Assembly: GCA_963814275.1 (NCBI GenBank)
Contig: CAWFCE010000002.1
Location: 702,919-766,918, forward strand
Source of the DNA: Candidatus Parcubacteria bacterium
Lineage (GTDB): Bacteria > Patescibacteriota > Patescibacteriia > Patescibacteriales > UBA12075
Direction of reading: 5' to 3'
Length of the DNA: 64,000 bases
Positions 50,604-60,152 of the stretch are shown here, piece after piece (position 1 is the first letter of the stretch; each line of letters begins with the position of its first letter). The translations under genes and the position numbers were made by a program. The notes beneath the pieces are model-generated. The model made no database searches. It was given only the letters and a program-made list of their open reading frames with translations, and was not told the origin of the DNA.

Positions 50604-52221
50604 TACGCGACAAATATTTGTTAAGAAAGATTTAATTCAGGATATTGAAAATATTGTTAATGGTATTTTCTCGCCGTTAAAAGGTTTTTTTCGTAAAGAC
50701 GATTTTTGGTCAGTTGCCAATGATATGCGTCTCTCAGACGATACCCCTTGGAGTATCCCTTTTGCCATTCCGATCGAGTCGGGAAACCTATGATGAGCTT
50801 AAAGATGAGAATGAAGTCAAGTTGATGAATGGTGATTCATGGACGGTACTCCAAAACATCGAAGTCTATCCGCACGACAAAGAAGCGCATGCGCGGCTGG
50901 TATATGGTACCCTTGACCAGTCGCATCCGGCAGTTGCGGAGATTATGGGATCAGGAGACTATTTGCTGGGCGGGGATATCGCCGAATATCATATTTCAGA
51001 GGATATCAAGCACAAGGAATTCTATTATTCTCCTGCGGAAACGAAGAAGATGTTTAGCGGAGAAGGGATGGAAGACCGTGGCTGCCTTTCAGACGCGGAA
51101 TGTGCCGCATCGGGGGCATGAGTTTTTGCATCATGAGGCTTTGAAAATTACCGATGGGCTACTCATTCAGTCCGGTGATCGGGGAGAAGAAGATGGCGGA
51201 TTTTAAGGACGAGTATATTTTGGCCGTTTATAAAACTTTGATCGAGCAGGGGGTGTATGGCGAGCGGGCGGTATTGGCGGCATTGCCTCTCAAGATGCGC
51301 TATGCCGGTCCGCGGGAGGCTTTGCACCACGCGCTTATCCGGCGCAACTTCGGCTGTACCCATTTTATCGTCGGCCGCGACCATGCCGGCGTTGGCAATT
51401 TCTACGCGCCCACGGCGGCTCAGGAAATATTTAAGGAATTCAGCAAGGAAGAGTTGGGGATCGAGATTATACCCATGGACGAGGTGGTTTATGACGGGCG
51501 GCGCAAGGTGCACTGCTTTATTGACGAATGCGCTGAAACTGATAAAATAAAATTTAGCGGCACTAAATTACGACGGTATATTGAAAACAAAGAAGTGCCG
51601 CCGGACTATCTCATACGCCCCGAGGTGTATGATATTTTAGTTAACACCAAAAATTCATTGGTTGATGAGATGTATAAAAACAGCAACAATAAAAAGGGCT
51701 TTGTCCTTTGGTTTACCGGGCTTTCCGCCGCCGGCAAGACCACGATTGCGGATAAGGTTTATGAGGAATTGATGGACAACGGTACCCGGCTGGAGCGCCT
51801 GGACGGTGACGTGGTGCGGGAGCGGCTGACCAAGGGGCTCGGGTTCGGCCGCGACGGGCGGATCGAGAACATCAACCGCATCGGCTTCGTGGCCAATCTC
51901 TTGTCCCGGAACGGCGTCGGCGTAATGGCCTCCTTCATCACCCCTTACCGGGAAATGCGCGACCGCCTGCGCGAAGGCGTCCACAATTACATCGAGGTAT
52001 TCGTCGACACGCCGCTCGCGGTCTGCGAAGCGCGCGACCCGAAAGGTCTCTACAAGAAGGCGCGCACCGGCGAAATCCCTCAGTTCACCGGAGTGAGCGA
52101 CCCGTTCGACGCGCCGGCCAATCCCCACATCCGCCTGCAGACCGATTGTCAGAGTCTGGATGAATGCGCGAAAATGGTAGTGGATTATTTGCGGGATAAT
52201 GGGTATTTGGATACTGAGTAA
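50563..52221 (+). pseudogene. Bifunctional sulfate adenylyltransferase / APS kinase (PAPS synthase) interrupted by three successive +1 frameshifts; the 3' 1.07 kb is intact
   Basis: Frame 1: GIFSPLKGFF...MRLSDDTPWSIP (ATP-sulfurylase N-terminal domain). Frame 2: [18 protein letters not shown]. Frame 3: [17 protein letters not shown]. Frame 1 again: GRDHAGVGNFY plus APS-kinase P-loop FTGLSAAGKTTIADKV. Confidence 0.7.
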
Positions 52222-52368
52222 TATAAATTGTAGAATATTTATAAAATATAAATGCCACCCAATAAATTGGGTGGTATTTATTTTTTATTTTTTCCTTATA
52301 TTTTATTTAATTTTATTTCATATGAGTTTTGTTAGAATATAATTAGATAATTATTAATAATAAATTTC

Positions 52369-54780
52369 ATGAAAAAATTATTTTGGACAATTATATTTTT
52401 ATTTATATTTTGTCTTGCTTCCTGGTTCTGCCCCAGGATAGCTTATGCAGGAAATGATATAAAAACCATAAATATTTATGCCGAAAGAAGCGATACTAGT
52501 TTTTCTAATTATAAGGTTGGTAACTTTGTTACATGGAATAAAATAAGAAACGATGCATATGGATATAGGGTAAACGATAATTTTGAATATGTTCATATGC
52601 GAATACGGGGCAAAGGTGGGGCAATTAATTCTAATAGATTTATGGATTTACAAAGAATTGGGTTAAGTTTTGATACAAGCATTCTCGGAGATAATGTACA
52701 GCTTGAAAGCGTCAAGCTGTACATATTTGGGGCGTCAACAACCATTGACAAGCTAGGCATGAGTTCTGTTGACAGAGAAGTTTCGTTGGTTGATTTTTAT
52801 CCCAGTTCTTCAGTAAAATATACGATTTATGATTATAATAAATTTGGCACTGAAAAGTTAGCAGACAATATCGATCCTGGTGAAAATTTTTCTTTATGGA
52901 AATATAACGAATATAATGTATTTGACATGTATCAGTCAGTTTTTAACAGAATTGATAAAACAGGGTTTACAAATTTAGGATTAAGGTTTGAGTGTGATCG
53001 TGTTAACCATGAACCGTCTTTTGAAAATACACAAGATCAAAACGCATTATTGTATATGTATTTCAGGGACTCGAGAAATCAAAATTTTTGGCCCTATTTA
53101 GAAGTAAGCTATTCCGTTCCAGATGATAATGAAGAATTAAATCCGGTAGTTGTTGTGCCCGGCATTGGGGGGAGTTGGGAGAAAGACCGGGAGTGGGTGA
53201 TTGATCCGATCTTGCATACCTATGATTATCTTCTGGAGGCATTCGAGGCAGCCGGGTATGTGCCGGGAGAGACATTGTTCACTATGCCCTATGACTGGCG
53301 CAACGACAACCGCTACAGCGCGATCCAGCTCCGGGAGGCGATCGAGGCGGCCAAAGGGGACGCGGGCGGGAAAGTCGATATTGTCGCCCATAGCATGGGC
53401 GGACTGGTGGCCCGGTCCTATATCGAGAGCGACAACTACCGGGATGATGTCGATCAGCTGATCTTTCTCGACACCCCGCAAGCCGGGGCGCCCGAGAGCT
53501 ACTTGGCTTATGAAGGGGCGTATCTGCCCGGAATGATCGGCGCGATCAAGAAATTCTATTTCGAGGTCGAGGGGAAGCTGCATGGCTATGACAGCTTGCC
53601 GGAATATTTTCGGGAAAAGGTAATCGGCCTGGGCCAGCTTCTGCCTGATTACAGCTATTTGTATGATAATACGGGTAATGAGTGGCAGCTCCGCGCGTAT
53701 CCGGATAACTACCCCCGGAATGTATTCCTGGAAGATCTCAATTTGGCGGGAAATATCGACAAACTGCTCATGCGGAGCAATACCTATAATATCTACAGCT
53801 ATGCCGGGGTCATTGATACGGATGATACAACTATGACGGGTTTCCGGGTCGAATTGCCCAAGAAAAATGATCCCGATTGGCTGCATGGCTATCCGGTTAA
53901 TTTGTCGTCTGCCAAAGACGGGGTGATGATGGGCGCGGGCGACGGCACGGTGCCGCTGGAGAGCCTTGTAGCCCTGCCAATGGCGGACAGCAAAATCGTC
54001 GCTTCGGCCGGACACCGCGAGATCGTCACCCAGGCCCAGCAGGAGGTGATCGAAGCCCTGACCGGCGAGCGTCCGGATGATTTCGTGTCCGGCCCTCTGG
54101 CCAGGATCAAGCGGCTCTTATTCGTGCGCGTCTATTCGCCGGTTGATCTTCTGGTCACCACCCCAGCCGGCGAGCGCCTGGGCTACGACGCGGCCACCGG
54201 CGCGGACATCTTCGAGCCCTTCGGCAGCTTCTATAGCGGGCACAGCGCCGCGGCCGAATTCGCCACCTGGCCGGTGCCTGCGGAGGGTACTTATCAAGTG
54301 GCCCTGACCGGCACGGCGGACGGTTATTACCGGTTGGGGTTCGATGTGCTTACGGATGCGGCGGAGGAAGCCGCAGAGCCGGCCATTTACGGCATTATCC
54401 GGAACGGTGAAAGCAAAAATTACGCATATACTTTGACACCAGACAGCGCCGGACAGACGGAAATTAATCTGAATACGGAAATTAGCCCGAACGATTTTGC
54501 CCGGGATATCGAAGCGATCAACGGCCTGGGCGGCTTCTCGCGCAAAGCAGTCTACAACTATCTCCGGGCGCAGGCGAAGATTATCGGCAAAGAGTGGGAC
54601 AAGCTTGATTCCGGCAGCAAACGCGCCCGACCGTTATTGTCGCTCATCGCCAAAGGCCATCTGCTGGTACTCGAAAAATTACTGGATTTTTATCTTAACA
54701 AGCAATGGATAACGCCGGAGGGGCATGGAGTGTTGCACGGGGATATTGGATGGCTGAGAATTACGTTAGCTGGAAAATAG
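52369..54780 (+). CDS. Secreted LCAT-like / lipase-class alpha/beta hydrolase (803 aa)
   Basis: Signal peptide. VVVPGIGGSW...YDWRNDN...VDIVAHSMGGLVARSY (GxSxG nucleophile elbow). Paralogous to the 56621 gene. Confidence 0.65.
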   Translation: MKKLFWTIIFLFIFCLASWFCPRIAYAGNDIKTINIYAERSDTSFSNYKVGNFVTWNKIRNDAYGYRVNDNFEYVHMRIRGKGGAINSNRFMDLQRIGLSFDTSILGDNVQLESVKLYIFGASTTIDKLGMSSVDREVSLVDFYPSSSVKYTIYDYNKFGTEKLADNIDPGENFSLWKYNEYNVFDMYQSVFNRIDKTGFTNLGLRFECDRVNHEPSFENTQDQNALLYMYFRDSRNQNFWPYLEVSYSVPDDNEELNPVVVVPGIGGSWEKDREWVIDPILHTYDYLLEAFEAAGYVPGETLFTMPYDWRNDNRYSAIQLREAIEAAKGDAGGKVDIVAHSMGGLVARSYIESDNYRDDVDQLIFLDTPQAGAPESYLAYEGAYLPGMIGAIKKFYFEVEGKLHGYDSLPEYFREKVIGLGQLLPDYSYLYDNTGNEWQLRAYPDNYPRNVFLEDLNLAGNIDKLLMRSNTYNIYSYAGVIDTDDTTMTGFRVELPKKNDPDWLHGYPVNLSSAKDGVMMGAGDGTVPLESLVALPMADSKIVASAGHREIVTQAQQEVIEALTGERPDDFVSGPLARIKRLLFVRVYSPVDLLVTTPAGERLGYDAATGADIFEPFGSFYSGHSAAAEFATWPVPAEGTYQVALTGTADGYYRLGFDVLTDAAEEAAEPAIYGIIRNGESKNYAYTLTPDSAGQTEINLNTEISPNDFARDIEAINGLGGFSRKAVYNYLRAQAKIIGKEWDKLDSGSKRARPLLSLIAKGHLLVLEKLLDFYLNKQWITPEGHGVLHGDIGWLRITLAGK

Positions 54781-54787
54781 CGATTTA

Positions 54788-56190
54788 TGTGGTTTAGCCG
54801 TGTATTATAGATTTCTCACTGCGCCGCGGCTCCGTTCGAAATGACAGAAAAGAGAGGATTCGAAATGACAGAAAAGAGAGGATTCGAAATGGCAGAAAAG
54901 AGAGGATTCGAAATGGCAGAAAAGAGAGGATTCGAAATGGCAGAAAAGAGAGGATTCGAAATGGCAGAAAAGAGAGGATTCGAAATGGCAGAAAAGAGAG
55001 GATTCGAAATGGCAGAAAAGAGAGGATTCGAAATGGCAGAAAAAAGGGAAGTTCTGCAGGGATGAAAGTAGCATGGTGGTGTCGGAAAACATGAAATGAT
55101 ACGGCCACATTCGTACTCGACGAACCGCCCATCTTTTTCAATTCGACGACCCCCCCTTCTGTCATCTCGATCCGCCGACGAGGCGGAGAGAGATCTATAA
55201 TACGTGGGTTGCGCAACAAGCAGTCTTTGTGGTTTAGCCGTGTATTATAGATTTCTCACTGCGCTCCGCTCCGTTCGAAATGACAAAAAAGAGAGGATTC
55301 GAAATGACAGAAAAGAGAGGATTCGAAATGACAGAAAAGAGAGGATTCGAAATGACAGAAAAGAGAGGATTCGAAATGACAGAAAAGAGAGGATTCGAAA
55401 TGACAGAAAAGAGAGGATTCGAAATGACAGAAAAAAGGGAAGTTCTGCAGGGATGAAAGTAGCATGGTGGTGTCGGAAAACATGAAATGATACGGCCACA
55501 TTCGTACTCGACGAACCGCCCATCTTTTTCAATTCGACGACCCCCCTTCTGTCATCTCGAGGCCGCAGCCGAGAGATCTATAATACGCGGATAACGCAGG
55601 CGGACGGGTTTGTGGGTGAGCGGAGTATTATAGATTTCTCACTGCGCTCCGCTCCGTTCGAAATGACAGAAAAAAGGGGAGGTTCGAAATGACAGAAAAG
55701 AGAGGATTCGAAATGACAGAAAAGAGAGGATTCGAAATGACAGAAAAGAGAGGATTCGAAATGACAGAAAAGAGAGGATTCGAAATGACAGAAAAGAGAG
55801 GATTCGAAATGACAGAAAAGAGAGGATTCGAAATGACAGAAAAAAGGGAAGTTCTGCAGGGATGAAAGTAGCATGGTGGTGTCGGAAAACATGAAATGAT
55901 ACGGCCACATTCGTACTCGACGAACCGCCCATCTTTTTCAATTCGACGACCCCCCTTCTGTCATCTCGATCCGCCGACGAGGCGGAGAGAGATCTATAAT
56001 ACGTGGGTTGCGCAACAAGCAGTCTTTGTGGTTTAGCCGTGTATTATAGATTTCTCACTGCGCTCCGCTCCGTTCGAAATGACAGAAAAGAGAGGATTCG
56101 AAATGACAGAAAAGAGAGGATTCGAAATGACAGAAAAGAGAGGATTCGAAATGACAGAAAAAAGGGGAGGTTCGAAATGACAGAAAAAAA
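54788..56190. repeat. Higher-order tandem array: ~390-440 bp super-unit x3.5, each holding 4-9 perfect copies of a 24-bp unit (ttcgaaatgacagaaaagagagga), a conserved ~140-bp tail and a ~60-bp header
   Basis: Headers tgtggtttagccgtgtattatagatttctcactgcgc at ~54788, 55227, (variant) 55618 and 56026. Tails ...agggaagttctgcagggatgaaagtagcatggtggtgtcggaaaacatgaaatgatacggccacattcgtactcgacgaaccgcccatctttttcaattcgacgaccccccttctgtcatctcga. No unique spacers. Confidence 0.9.
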
Positions 56191-56208
56191 GTTAAAGTAG
56201 TTAAATAA

Positions 56209-56610
56209 ATGAGAAAATATCATAACTTTGATACCCAAAAATATCGTTTCGATGTTTATATTTTGAGTAATTATGATCGTATAGTTTTCTATGTCGGCTA
56301 CACGAACAGTCTTGCCCGCCGCATAATTGAGCATCGGCTGGGTATCGGCAGTAAATTTACTGCCAAATATAAATGTTTTTATCCGGTTTTTTATGAAAGC
56401 TATCAATATGTATATGACGCGATAAGCCGGGAAAAAGAAATGAAAAAGTGGAGAAGAGCGAAAAAATTGAAATTGATCGAAGAAAATAATCCACAGTTTG
56501 TTGATTTGAGCAGAAATATATTCGAAGAGTTTGATTTGGATAATAAAGCGGTCAAGTCAGTCGCGACAGAATTATCGCTTAGAGCAGGAAAACAAACAGA
56601 TTATAAATAA
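56209..56610 (+). CDS. GIY-YIG nuclease superfamily protein (COG2827/UPF0213-type)
   Basis: RFDVYILSNYDRIVFYVGYTNSLARRIIEHRLG...AKY...PVFYESY...AISREKEMKKWRRAKKLKLIE. Confidence 0.75.
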   Translation: MRKYHNFDTQKYRFDVYILSNYDRIVFYVGYTNSLARRIIEHRLGIGSKFTAKYKCFYPVFYESYQYVYDAISREKEMKKWRRAKKLKLIEENNPQFVDLSRNIFEEFDLDNKAVKSVATELSLRAGKQTDYK

Positions 56611-56620
56611 TATCAATACT

Positions 56621-59197
56621 ATGCGCAAGATTATCATTTCGATTTTTATCATCGGCGCGTTGTTATTGCCGATTACGTTTAGCGCCAACCGGATAGCAGT
56701 CAGGATCGGAGAGACGGCCACCCAGCCGAGCCTGTATATCGATACCGAAGTGATCTGGACCGCGGAAGACAGTCCGTATGTGATCGGCAGCTACCCGAAT
56801 GCTTCACTCTATATCGCCCCGGGCGGGTCTTTGTTCATCGAGCCGGGCGTGGCGGTCATGATGTATGACGGGGCCAGTATCCGGGTGGACGGGGAATTGT
56901 TCCTGAATGGCGGGCCCGATAACCCGGTAATTATTACGTCTCATTGGGACGATGCCGATGAGGGCGCCGGTCCGGACGGGCGGGAGCCGGCGCCGGGAGA
57001 CTGGCAGGGGATTTACGTGGAGGATGACGGCTATCTCAGCCTGGAGAACACGGCTATCCGCTACGGCGGTTATCAGACCTATTTGTATGACCGGGCGACA
57101 GACGGCTATTGGATAGGGAACCGCGCCCGGGCCCAGGAGGATAACGGGCGCGCAGTCGGCGCGATCAATATGGTCGGCGAGGGGAACATAGAGATTGAAG
57201 ACTCGGTAATTACCGGAAATACGATCGGCCTGTGGATCGCCGCCGCCGCCGTCGGCGAGGAAGACAAGGAAATCACGATCAGCGGCAGCGAAATATGGGG
57301 CAATACGGCCGCGGGGATAATAAACGACACCGAATATGTGATAAATGCGGAAGAGAACTGGTGGGGCGACAATTCCGGACCCTACCACGAGACTGGTAAC
57401 CCGGCAGGCTTGGGGGAGAGGCTGGTCGGACCGGTCGATTTCGACAATTGGCTGACGCGCGAAAATGGCGGGGACGAAGAGAGCGGTCCGTATCCGGTGA
57501 TCATAGTCCCGGGGATCGGCGCTTCGGTCAACCTGGACCTGATGATCGGGGGCATTTTCAACGATAACTGGAAGATGTTCGACCATACCTACGACGGGAT
57601 CATCGAGGCCTTCAAAGCGATGGGATATGAAGAGGATATAGACCTGTACATCTGCTACTATGACTGGCGGCAGGACAATGCCGTCTCGGCCGCGGAATTC
57701 CTGAAGCCGCTCATCGACCGGGCTCTGGCGGCCAGCGGCTCGTCCAAGGTGAACATAGTCGCCCATAGCATGGGCGGCCTGGTGGCCCGGAGCTATATCC
57801 AGGGCGATAATTACGGAAATGACGTGGATAATCTGTTCCTGATCGGCACGCCTAACCACGGCTCATCAGACATCTATCCGGTCTGGGAGGGCGGTTATGT
57901 GCCGAAGAATTGGGATCACCGTGTAATTATGAATGCCTATATTAACTTATTGAAGGTTAAAGGTTGGAGTAAATCCAGTTATGAAACTGTTCACCATTAT
58001 ATTCCTTCTGTAAAACAACTCCTGCCTGTTTATAGCTATATCCATCCCGTAAATGATCCGGAAAACATTTTGAATTATGTTGATATGACCGTACTCAATA
58101 ATTTTCTGCTTGATCTAAACAGTGATATTCCAACGCTTAATGACCGGGCGAAAGTCAGCGTCATCTCCGGCAATGGCCAGGATACGGTCAATATGGTCCC
58201 GGTGATTGAAGCCAGCGAAGAAGCGCCGCTTTGGATGGATGGTAAACCCGTACCGCTTGATCCGGCAAAAAACGATACGGCCGGCGACGGCCGGGTATTG
58301 CTATCCTCATCGGAGATCCAGAGCTATTTCGCCCAGACCCTCTCCGGCAGCCACGGCGCGATCGTCAGCCTGGCCGAGCCGCTAATCGCGACAGAATTGA
58401 ATAAGTATCTGGATATCATGTACCCGGCGCCGGTAATCAATTCGGAGATGCTGGTCTGGGTCGCCTCGCCGGTGGATATTGAGATCAATGACCCGGTTGG
58501 TAAAACGATTTCCTCGTCTATAAACGATATACCGCTGGCCCGATACACTTCGGAGTCGAAGCCGGACGGGGTCAAGCTCATTTCCATCCCCAATCCGGTG
58601 GCCGGAAAATATGAGATTCATCTGACCGGCAACGGCGCGGGCGAATACCATCTCGGCCTGGAATACGCCGATTATACCGGCAGCAAAGAAGACTATTCCG
58701 CCCTGGTCCAGGGCGAGGTCGCGCCGGGTGAAACCAGGGAATACGCGGTTGCCTATGATCCGCAGGCGGAAAGCCCGGTAGGCGGTATTGAATCCGGCGG
58801 TATTACCATCGACAGTACCATCGCCGATATTGATCGACTTTATGAAACGGGCGAGATATCGAAAGAAGCAGCCAGGGATAATCTGGTAAAATCGCTGGAA
58901 TGGATAAAAAGATATGAAGAAAAATACGGCGAAAGGCTGGAGTTACGCGATAAAGTAGCGGACCAGATCATGGACAAATGTTCTGACAAGAGAAGCGACA
59001 AGTGGTGCGCCGGACATATCGGGAAAAAGATCGGCCAGGTAATATACATATTAGACGGTCTGCACGCGATGATAGTGAAGGTGAAATATAATTTGTTGCT
59101 AGCCCAGCTCAAATCTTATTACCGGAAAAACTGGGTAAGCGCGCCGGCTTATGGTATAATTAAGGAAGATATTGAATATTTAATTGATAATTTATGA
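56621..59197 (+). CDS. Secreted protein with N-terminal parallel beta-helix repeats and an LCAT-like alpha/beta hydrolase domain (paralogue of the 52369 gene)
   Basis: Likely start MRKIIISIFIIGALLLPITFSA (signal peptide). NTIGLWIAA...GNTAAGIIND beta-helix-like repeats. VIIVPGIGAS...YDWRQDN...VNIVAHSMGGLVARSY. Confidence 0.65.
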   Translation: MRKIIISIFIIGALLLPITFSANRIAVRIGETATQPSLYIDTEVIWTAEDSPYVIGSYPNASLYIAPGGSLFIEPGVAVMMYDGASIRVDGELFLNGGPDNPVIITSHWDDADEGAGPDGREPAPGDWQGIYVEDDGYLSLENTAIRYGGYQTYLYDRATDGYWIGNRARAQEDNGRAVGAINMVGEGNIEIEDSVITGNTIGLWIAAAAVGEEDKEITISGSEIWGNTAAGIINDTEYVINAEENWWGDNSGPYHETGNPAGLGERLVGPVDFDNWLTRENGGDEESGPYPVIIVPGIGASVNLDLMIGGIFNDNWKMFDHTYDGIIEAFKAMGYEEDIDLYICYYDWRQDNAVSAAEFLKPLIDRALAASGSSKVNIVAHSMGGLVARSYIQGDNYGNDVDNLFLIGTPNHGSSDIYPVWEGGYVPKNWDHRVIMNAYINLLKVKGWSKSSYETVHHYIPSVKQLLPVYSYIHPVNDPENILNYVDMTVLNNFLLDLNSDIPTLNDRAKVSVISGNGQDTVNMVPVIEASEEAPLWMDGKPVPLDPAKNDTAGDGRVLLSSSEIQSYFAQTLSGSHGAIVSLAEPLIATELNKYLDIMYPAPVINSEMLVWVASPVDIEINDPVGKTISSSINDIPLARYTSESKPDGVKLISIPNPVAGKYEIHLTGNGAGEYHLGLEYADYTGSKEDYSALVQGEVAPGETREYAVAYDPQAESPVGGIESGGITIDSTIADIDRLYETGEISKEAARDNLVKSLEWIKRYEEKYGERLELRDKVADQIMDKCSDKRSDKWCAGHIGKKIGQVIYILDGLHAMIVKVKYNLLLAQLKSYYRKNWVSAPAYGIIKEDIEYLIDNL

Positions 59198-59619
59198 AGA
59201 CTGTTTTGATATTGATAACCTCTTTATTTATTGTTGGTGTCATAATTTCTCCGTTCTTCTGGATTAGGTTTTCATCAAAAAGACGTAAAATATTATTTTT
59301 ATCAGTTTGTTCATTGCTTAGTCTCCTTTTAGCAATTTTTTTTCAGTTCTGGCTTTATGATTTTATTTTGGACAATTATATACATACCTATGATGCGCTT
59401 TCATATTTTGATGGTATAAGCACGAATGCACTTTATATTTTTATCGCATTAATATTATTTTCCCCTTTCATTTTCACCAAGATTCTCTACCAGCAATTTA
59501 CCATTAAAAGGATTATTATATCATTACTTCTCTCTATTTTGATATTAACCGCGTTAGTCCTGATTTTTGCGTATGTTATTTTTCCCATGGTCGGCAGCGC
59601 TCTCTTGAATAACGTATAA
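59194..59619 (+). CDS. Hypothetical 4-TM membrane protein
   Basis: Start overlaps the preceding stop (ATGA); hydrophobic helices. Confidence 0.45.
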   Translation: MKTVLILITSLFIVGVIISPFFWIRFSSKRRKILFLSVCSLLSLLLAIFFQFWLYDFILDNYIHTYDALSYFDGISTNALYIFIALILFSPFIFTKILYQQFTIKRIIISLLLSILILTALVLIFAYVIFPMVGSALLNNV

Positions 59620-59644
59620 GTTATAAAAATAAACTGAAAAAGAA

Positions 59645-59678
59645 AAGCGTACCTCTGGGTACGCTTTTGCGTTGCCGG
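59645..59678 (+). terminator. Rho-independent terminator
   Basis: aaagcgtacctctgggtacgcttttg. Confidence 0.6.
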
Positions 59679-60152
59679 GAAACCGGTGATCAAGCCGCCA
59701 GCTTCAAGCGCCGGTTGATAAGATTTTATTTATAAATTCTTTATATATTATTTAAAATTTAATCATATCGGTTTGTTAGAATATTATTAGGATATAATTA
59801 ATTAATATTAATATAATAATAGTTATCGAAAGTGGGCTTATTCGGCTTCTTAAAGCTGTCATTCTGGAGGCCGCAGGCCGATAGAATCCCGAGCCACAAT
59901 ACTCCGTCCCGGTATAACCGCCGTTCAACTCATCGCGCCACCTGGCACAGTACGGGGGTTAATGACGTTTTTCATAAACGCCACGGGGCCCTATCGCCCC
60001 TGCGGGGCTCCAGGGTGACAGGTTTAGGAACCGTTAATTCAAGAGTTAACTCTGTAATTAATATAATCGACAAAATTCAATAATAAGGGAAAGGTACAGT
60101 ATGGGCTCTCGTTCCGCAACACGCGGGGCGGGAGCTCTGCTGTTTCTATTCA

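Noticed and set aside
54841-55065. ORFs MTEKRGFE-repeat (plus) and FLPFRILS-repeat (minus) across the tandem array as real proteins
   Set aside because: Open frames are a by-product of a 24-bp (8-codon) repeat without stops; no flanking coding context. The SD+ATG periodicity is noted as a finding but not called as a CDS.
54788-56190. Possible CRISPR array (regular direct repeats)
   Set aside because: The 24-bp units are contiguous with no unique spacers, blocks are separated by identical ~200-bp sequences, and no cas genes are nearby. It is a tandem/higher-order repeat.
59832-60083. 83-aa ORF / possible RNase P RNA (GGGCTCCAGGGTGACAGG resembles a P4-region string)
   Set aside because: The translation has no protein features; the region lacks the universal AGGAAAGUCCGGGCUC and ACAGAANCCGGCUUA RNase P elements. 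Kept only as an unassigned structured non-coding region.
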